DNA of 64,000 nt from Candidatus Delongbacteria bacterium (GTDB lineage: Bacteria > CAIWAD01): the NCBI GenBank assembly GCA_963663545.1, contig OY760505.1:3200001-3264000 (forward strand), read 5' to 3'. Every line of letters starts with the position of its first letter. Position 1 is the first letter of the stretch. Both the position numbers and the translations under genes were made by a program. Shown here in pieces: positions 58,927 to 64,000 of the stretch. The notes below the pieces were generated by a model that worked only from the letters and a program-made list of their open reading frames with translations, was not told the origin of the DNA and searched no databases.

Positions 58927-59792
58927 CTTGGTTGATTAAATCAAAAGTGCTCAATTTAGCAGCCGTTGTTGCTTCATTTGGGGTGGTTTTTTTGGTAGTA
59001 CTGCTACTGCCCAAAAACAACGTAGTAGTTGAAGTACTCCTTGGACTGTTTGTTGGTATCATCGTATGGATGATAACACATACATATTTGACATGGATTC
59101 AGAGCAATACAGTTCAGGAGCATTTTGCATTACTTCACGAGATTTTGAACATTTTGCGTGGCAAGACGCTTACGCTCGTTCAAAAAAGGCGAGTTGATCT
59201 ATCTAATGAATTTTATGACGATTTCTTCAAGGGCGCTACAGAGGTGAACGTATCCGGCATTGCGAATATGAGAATTGCGAGTGAATTGGTGGAAAGAGGT
59301 ATTGATCATCCAATAATTAGGCAATTGTTGGGCGACCAACAGACTACAGTGAAGATTTTGCTTACGAATCCTGAGTCGGACTTCGCTCGAGCTCGGCAAG
59401 AAATTGAGGAAGTGCTTGGTACTGGTCGAACCTGCATTAGTGGTATACAAGATAGTATTGAAAAACTTAAGAGCTTAAAGTGTTTTGTTAACGGGCTCGG
59501 AAAACATGGTATAAAGGATGGTAGCAGACTTGTGGTTAAAATGTCATCAGATCCGATGTGCTATGCTATTACGAATGCTGAAGAAGAAGGTGAATCGAAG
59601 CGCATGATGCTTGGAATGGTCTTCCAGCATACTTTGGGTCATAATGCGCCAATATTTCAGTTACCTGATAATCTGCGGACAAATACTGCTCTATACAACC
59701 ATTGTAAGTCCCATTTTAATGCAATGTTTGATAATCCGAATTGCAAACAGTTGCTTGTGTGGGATAGTAATGGAATTGTTATTATTCCATGA
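58920..59792 (+). CDS. Two-TM protein with DUF5919/PLD-like cytoplasmic domain
   Basis: Two N-terminal hydrophobic helices; ATEVNVSG...VKILLTNPES; start overlaps upstream stop. Confidence 0.55.
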   Translation: MLAWLIKSKVLNLAAVVASFGVVFLVVLLLPKNNVVVEVLLGLFVGIIVWMITHTYLTWIQSNTVQEHFALLHEILNILRGKTLTLVQKRRVDLSNEFYDDFFKGATEVNVSGIANMRIASELVERGIDHPIIRQLLGDQQTTVKILLTNPESDFARARQEIEEVLGTGRTCISGIQDSIEKLKSLKCFVNGLGKHGIKDGSRLVVKMSSDPMCYAITNAEEEGESKRMMLGMVFQHTLGHNAPIFQLPDNLRTNTALYNHCKSHFNAMFDNPNCKQLLVWDSNGIVIIP

Positions 59793-60451
59793 TTAGCATG
59801 ATGAATACGAGAAGATCTGCTCAAGCGAGATGCCCATTTTGTAGGATAGTGGACTTACATAACTCAGGAGTGCAATCATTTCAGATAGATGAAGGTGATG
59901 TTGAGATACGCATTCTTGAGGCTACAGATAGACTTCTCTTGATTCCTGATATCTCCCCCGTAGTACCCAATCACCTTCTCATTGTCTCCAGAAAACACAC
60001 CAGCAATCTCTTTTATCAGGATGAGGCTACGCAGAGAGAGCTCGATATTTTGAAGAGTAAGATACGCGAAGTCCATAATGATCGTTTGTGCAAGGAGACA
60101 TTCATATTCGAGCATGGTTCAACAACAAGATCATATACACTAGGGTGTATTACTCATGCTCATACTCATTGTGTTCCACTTGAGCTCTTCACGATTAGAG
60201 AAGTGCTGACAAAGACATTGAAAATCCTTGGCTTGCCAGAAGGCGAACCGGCAAGTAGTACTTTCCTAATGGCTGAGTTTACTCAAGGAATACCCCATGT
60301 TTGGCCAAACGCTAACCACAGTCAGTTCTTTAGGAGACTGATTGCTGATGAGACCGGTAATCTCCGGAGAGCTGTTTGGCAGGCTTGTCTGAGTGAGCAG
60401 CTGATAAGAGAATCACGACTATGGGTGAACAATGTTTCATATACCTTATGA
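59789..60451 (+). CDS. HIT-family nucleotide hydrolase
   Basis: CPFC, PVVPNHLLIVSRKH, IFEHG, HAHTH triad; ATGA coupling. Confidence 0.85.
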   Translation: MISMMNTRRSAQARCPFCRIVDLHNSGVQSFQIDEGDVEIRILEATDRLLLIPDISPVVPNHLLIVSRKHTSNLFYQDEATQRELDILKSKIREVHNDRLCKETFIFEHGSTTRSYTLGCITHAHTHCVPLELFTIREVLTKTLKILGLPEGEPASSTFLMAEFTQGIPHVWPNANHSQFFRRLIADETGNLRRAVWQACLSEQLIRESRLWVNNVSYTL

Positions 60452-60523
60452 GAACTCAATTAGACTTACGCTGCATCTCGATAACCTGATAGTCCGATAG
60501 TGATGTTTTGCAGAATCCGGTTT

Positions 60524-60691
60524 CCTGATTGCTTAGCATACTCAGGCAAGTCTGAGTTCTCGTGAAGGCTTCTGTTCAGCACAGGCAGCCATCTTCAGGA
60601 AATCCCACAGAAGCTCTTTGAGATTGAATCGCTGGTTGAAGCGAAACTGAAACAGCCCGAAGTACCGATGTAAGTAGTACCTGATTGCTTA
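60524..60691 (-). mobile_element. IS1595-family remnant (transposase C-terminus and IR)
   Basis: Minus-strand YLHRYFGLFQFRFNQRFNL...ELRLA*; CCTGATTGCTTA at 60524 and again at 60680. Confidence 0.75.
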
Positions 60692-61789
60692 TAGGGGTGC
60701 TCATAAGTTCTGTCCAAGACCCTCTGTTTTTGCTCGGCTGAAAGTCTCATCTTGATGCATGAGACGAGTCATACCACCCAACCCCGAAAACGATAGCCTT
60801 GCCAACATCGAACTGACCATTCGCGCCACAGCCGACAGAGATATGGCCAATCGACTGGCGGTTGTCCGACTGGCCATCAAGGGCCACAGCGAAGAGCAAA
60901 TAGCTGATATCGCAATGGTTAGCACACGTTCTGTTCGACGCTACATCCAGCTTTTCAACGAGGGCGGGATTGATTCCCTTGCCAGCGCAAGCCGTGCTGG
61001 CCGACCGTCGCTCGTCTCAGAGATTGAGGAGGAGATCATCCTCTACAATCTGGATCACCCTGAGTTTGTGGGTGAATCTCACTGGACCCTTTTGAAGCTG
61101 CACGAGCGGATCAAACCGGTCCTGGCGCATCAGATTGGCTACTCCACACTGACCCGTCTGGTGCGCGATGCAGGCTATCGGCGTCTTGTGCCACGGCCCG
61201 AATCGCCCGAACGCGACGACGAGAAGCGCAGAGTGTTTGTAACCGACCTGCATCAATCCCTGAATAATCATGAGGTTCAGGTTTGGTTCATGGACGAGGC
61301 TGGCTTCTTGGCGGACCCAAGGCCGAAGGCCCAGTGGGCGAAGAGAGGCACGAAGCCGGTCTGTCCAGTCACTGGAAAGCACATCCGTCAAAGCTTGATT
61401 GGTGCGATTCAACCGGATACTGGCGAATTCACTACGCTCGTTTTCAGCAGAACGAATGCAGAGGTGTTCCAGGTCTTTCTGGATGAGTTCGACCATCAAA
61501 CCCATGGGCGACCGACGGTTATGGTGCTGGATAATGCTTCGTGGCATCACGCTAAGTGTTTGAATTGGCACAACATCAAGCCGCTCTATCTTCCGCCGTA
61601 CTCGCCAGGTCTGAATCCGATCGAGCGTCTGTGGAAGTACATCAAAGAGCACTGGTTTGCAGGTTGGTACGGTAGTTCTCACGAGGAGTTGCTAGATCGC
61701 CTGGTGGAAGCTGTTACATCGCTCTTCGAAAACCCATCACGCGTCAAGTCTGTATGTCGTGTTTCGGACAGGACTTCTAAGTAGCCCTA
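60692..61789 (+). mobile_element. IS630-family insertion sequence
   Basis: Imperfect ~29-bp IRs (TAGGGGTGCTCATAAGTTCTGTCC / GGACAGGACTTCTAAGTAGCCCTA) with flanking TA. Confidence 0.9.
60759..61784 (+). CDS. IS630 transposase
   Basis: HTH; FMDEAG; VLDNASWH; LPPYSPGLNPIERLW. Confidence 0.95.
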   Translation: MRRVIPPNPENDSLANIELTIRATADRDMANRLAVVRLAIKGHSEEQIADIAMVSTRSVRRYIQLFNEGGIDSLASASRAGRPSLVSEIEEEIILYNLDHPEFVGESHWTLLKLHERIKPVLAHQIGYSTLTRLVRDAGYRRLVPRPESPERDDEKRRVFVTDLHQSLNNHEVQVWFMDEAGFLADPRPKAQWAKRGTKPVCPVTGKHIRQSLIGAIQPDTGEFTTLVFSRTNAEVFQVFLDEFDHQTHGRPTVMVLDNASWHHAKCLNWHNIKPLYLPPYSPGLNPIERLWKYIKEHWFAGWYGSSHEELLDRLVEAVTSLFENPSRVKSVCRVSDRTSK

Positions 61790-61800
61790 TAAGTAGCCCT

Positions 61801-62040
61801 ATAAGAGATTAACAGGGACAGCTCAAGGACTTGGGCGCTCAGCTAACAAGTTCGATTTCGAGTGTCGGCCTTTCTTGACAAGGATGTGTTTTTCCTTGTT
61901 CTACCTATGTAGGATATGCGATCTTAGGTCCGTGCTTGGCTGGATACACAGGAATACAGCAATGCGAACATCGGACATAACAGGACCAAGAGAAGTGCGG
62001 ATGGACGGGATAACACGGTCCGTAGAATCAGATGTTAGCT
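61801..62040 (+). repeat. attI/Pc region, copy 2
   Basis: Near-identical to 55686-55922; ends GTTAGCT, complement of AGCTAAC at 62914. Confidence 0.9.
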
Positions 62041-62108
62041 TGACAATAATGGGATTCTACCCAAATCATACAGTCGCCAAACATCTAAACACTCAAGGGG
62101 GTGCAGAC

Positions 62109-62858
62109 ATGTATTTTATAATCTATTTTGCCATTGTGGCTTCATTGTTCGGGCAAAGTATTGAACGAAAATCGACTCCTCTTCCCATTCTCTCGGAAAA
62201 CTATGGTGTCCTAACTGAGGCCGTTGGGTGGACATTGACAAACTCTGGCCAATGGGTAAGTGCTTCAAATCGACTTCCCTATAGAGACGGAAAAAGCAAT
62301 AAGCTCTCTTATGCAGAGTATTCGATTGGTAGAGAGAATTTTAAGAAGATCGAATTGAAAAAGGTGAAATTGGATGAAATAGATTATGGATTGCTACTAA
62401 TTTATCGAAAATCCGGAAGATACGCTTATCCTAACATTTTTGAGGGTTGGTATGACTTTGACGAACTGGTTTGGTATGCTTTTCCTGCTGATAAAATCAA
62501 GGAAGTTGCCGATAAAGATATTGTATTCAATGCTGCTTATGTGGTAGATCTCGGTGTCATTTATTCCGGCCGACTAAACAACATCGAAGAGGAATTGTCC
62601 ACGACTAACTTGCTTCATAGTATTTTAAGTGCAGCACGTGGTGAATTTAGCTTGTACTCTGATTACAAGGTGTCGCTTGCTCTGTTTCCGATTGAAGATA
62701 AGTCTACACGAGTGATGAGATTTAGAATTGCCGAGGAGAACTGCTTGTTCTCTTCTGGTAAAAGCTCGGATCGAATAAAGACAGATACATTTGATAAATC
62801 GTATTTCGAAGTGGATTTTGTCAAGTTTGTTGATTTAGTTAACGGGTTAGAAGAGTAG
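62109..62858 (+). CDS. Secreted hypothetical protein, integron cassette
   Basis: Signal-like N-terminus; low GC; flanked by GTTAGCT/AGCTAAC. Confidence 0.75.
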   Translation: MYFIIYFAIVASLFGQSIERKSTPLPILSENYGVLTEAVGWTLTNSGQWVSASNRLPYRDGKSNKLSYAEYSIGRENFKKIELKKVKLDEIDYGLLLIYRKSGRYAYPNIFEGWYDFDELVWYAFPADKIKEVADKDIVFNAAYVVDLGVIYSGRLNNIEEELSTTNLLHSILSAARGEFSLYSDYKVSLALFPIEDKSTRVMRFRIAEENCLFSSGKSSDRIKTDTFDKSYFEVDFVKFVDLVNGLEE

Positions 62859-62913
62859 GTCGCGTGAGTAGCCTTGACCTTAAATCTCTAGAATTATAGG
62901 AAACTGGTTGCTC

Positions 62914-63731
62914 AGCTAACACTTATGAGGCCCCCATTGTCAATAGCACATAGGTGTTCCTTCCGATTTCCGGTTCTTTGATAGGAAGGCGAGATCACAA
63001 TTCCGGCTTTGTTTCACGGCCGGGCGCAGAGTGATTCCACAGCCAAACGCCTGTTCGCAAAGCGAACAGGTTGTCGAAGCTTCGGAGCAAGCTTCGACCC
63101 TTGTACTGGCGAGGTACTGCTTCGCTTGAAGCCCTGGAAACTCATTCGTACCCATATGCCGATCTAGTCAAGAATACAGGCTCAGCGACAACTGTCCAGT
63201 TCGTTTCAGATCGGGGATGGAGCGGAATCAACTTGTTCAGCACCTTCTTTGTCATCAACGGGCAACCAGTCAATCAATCGCACGGGCTCGGAGCATTTTG
63301 ATCGAGCAGGACTAGGGTGCTTTCCGCACATTGTGGTTCAGTCCAGCATTCCGATTCGCCCCCTGTGTCCAGTTAGGCGGTGGACTTGGTTGTCCGTGCA
63401 GCAGGAAGCCAGAAAGGCCGCTGCGCTTGTGGGAGTGTTTTGTTGCAAGCAGATTGTTCCCCGTTCATCCAGCACGCATAGGTACATTGTTTTCGCGTGC
63501 AGGTCAATTCCGCATGTGTGACGGTGTTGGCCTTGATAGAATCTCATGGTCTCCTCCTGAGTGGGTGATTGTGACTACCCGAAGTATCGGGTCACTCGTG
63601 AAAGGAGGGGGCCTCTATGAAGATCACTCGCTTGCACCCAACAGCCGCACCGGTCAAGCTGCTTGCATACGCAAGCATCGCGCCCTAGCCGCTTCGCGGC
63701 TTGCGTCTAAAGGTGAAGCAAAACGTTAGCC
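62914..63731 (+). other. attC split by an IS1111-type element
   Basis: Removing 62924-63628 gives AGCTAAC-ACTC-GCTTGCACC...GGTGAAGC-AAAAC-GTTAGCC. Confidence 0.88.
62924..63628 (-). mobile_element. Internally deleted IS110/IS1111-family element (705 bp)
   Basis: Sub-terminal IR GAGGCCCCC 62927-62935 / GGGGGCCTC 63607-63615; transposase stub MRFY...CGIDLHAKTMYLCVLD from 63547; CACT at both junctions. Confidence 0.85.
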
Positions 63732-63783
63732 AAACAGCAGTTATTCCATAGATTACACACTTCGTTTGAGGATTGGGGAAAGC

Positions 63784-64000
63784 ATGAAAATGAACAATCT
63801 CGTCATCATGCTGCTTTCTTTGCTCGTGCTCTTCTGCGCCAAGCAGCTTCGTGCGCAAGAATCAGGAAGCATTGTCGGCTGGGGCTCCCAAGTGGTGGTG
63901 GAAGAAGGCGAGTAGAACGGCCTCGTGGCGCTCGCGGCGGGCTATGATCACAGTTTGGGCCTGAAGTCCGACGGGTCCATCGTGGCGTGGGGATGGAATT
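63784..64000 (+). pseudogene. Secreted RCC1-like repeat protein cassette with in-frame TAG (runs off window)
   Basis: Signal peptide, GSIVGWG, TAG at 63913, then ALAAGYDHSLGLKSDGSIVAWG in the same frame. Confidence 0.75.

Noticed and set aside
58921..58927. GTTAGCT-like core between cassette genes as an attC
   Set aside because: Falls in the stop/start overlap; no R'' box or palindrome upstream.
63051..63069. Third ROK operator (TGTTCG-CAAAG-CGAACA)
   Set aside because: Lies inside the IS1111 non-coding region among RNA hairpins, with no sugar gene downstream.
63913..63915. Amber read-through or recoding in the RCC1-like gene
   Set aside because: TAG ends many ordinary genes here (coaE, GH16 and others); a nonsense mutation or sequencing error is simpler.

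Overview
64-kb bacterial window, about 58-60% GC by eye in the core. It probably comes from an FCB-group diderm (inference from LptE/BamA-like genes and secreted proteins ending in a 'PNPFNP' T9SS/FlgD-like tail). 1-33.5 kb: housekeeping and envelope genes (sigma-54 activator, lptE, coaE, BamA-like protein, cysS, rdgB, GT2/radical-SAM operon, two tRNA-Ser), two non-catalytic surface proteins carrying dockerin/cohesin modules, and an odd HD-like/eIF2B-like fusion. Just after the tRNAs lies a tRNA-mimicking structured element. 37-54.5 kb: a ROK-regulated beta-1,3-glucan locus (3 GH16, GH17, GH161-like phosphorylase, 8 copies of a CBM-like repeat, two operator palindromes) with no transporter. 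54.5-64 kb: a decayed, AT-rich integron. It holds an intI pseudogene, a duplicated attI region, a dGTPase cassette, a three-gene ARMT1/DUF89-like + 2TM + HIT cassette (best candidate for an undescribed defence system), IS1595 and IS630 elements, and a 705-bp IS1111-type mini-element splitting an attC while keeping its putative seek/bridge-RNA region. The heptamer GTGATAC/GTATCAC is heavily over-represented in the core and was not seen in the cassette array. All family calls are by-eye motif recognition, not database searches.
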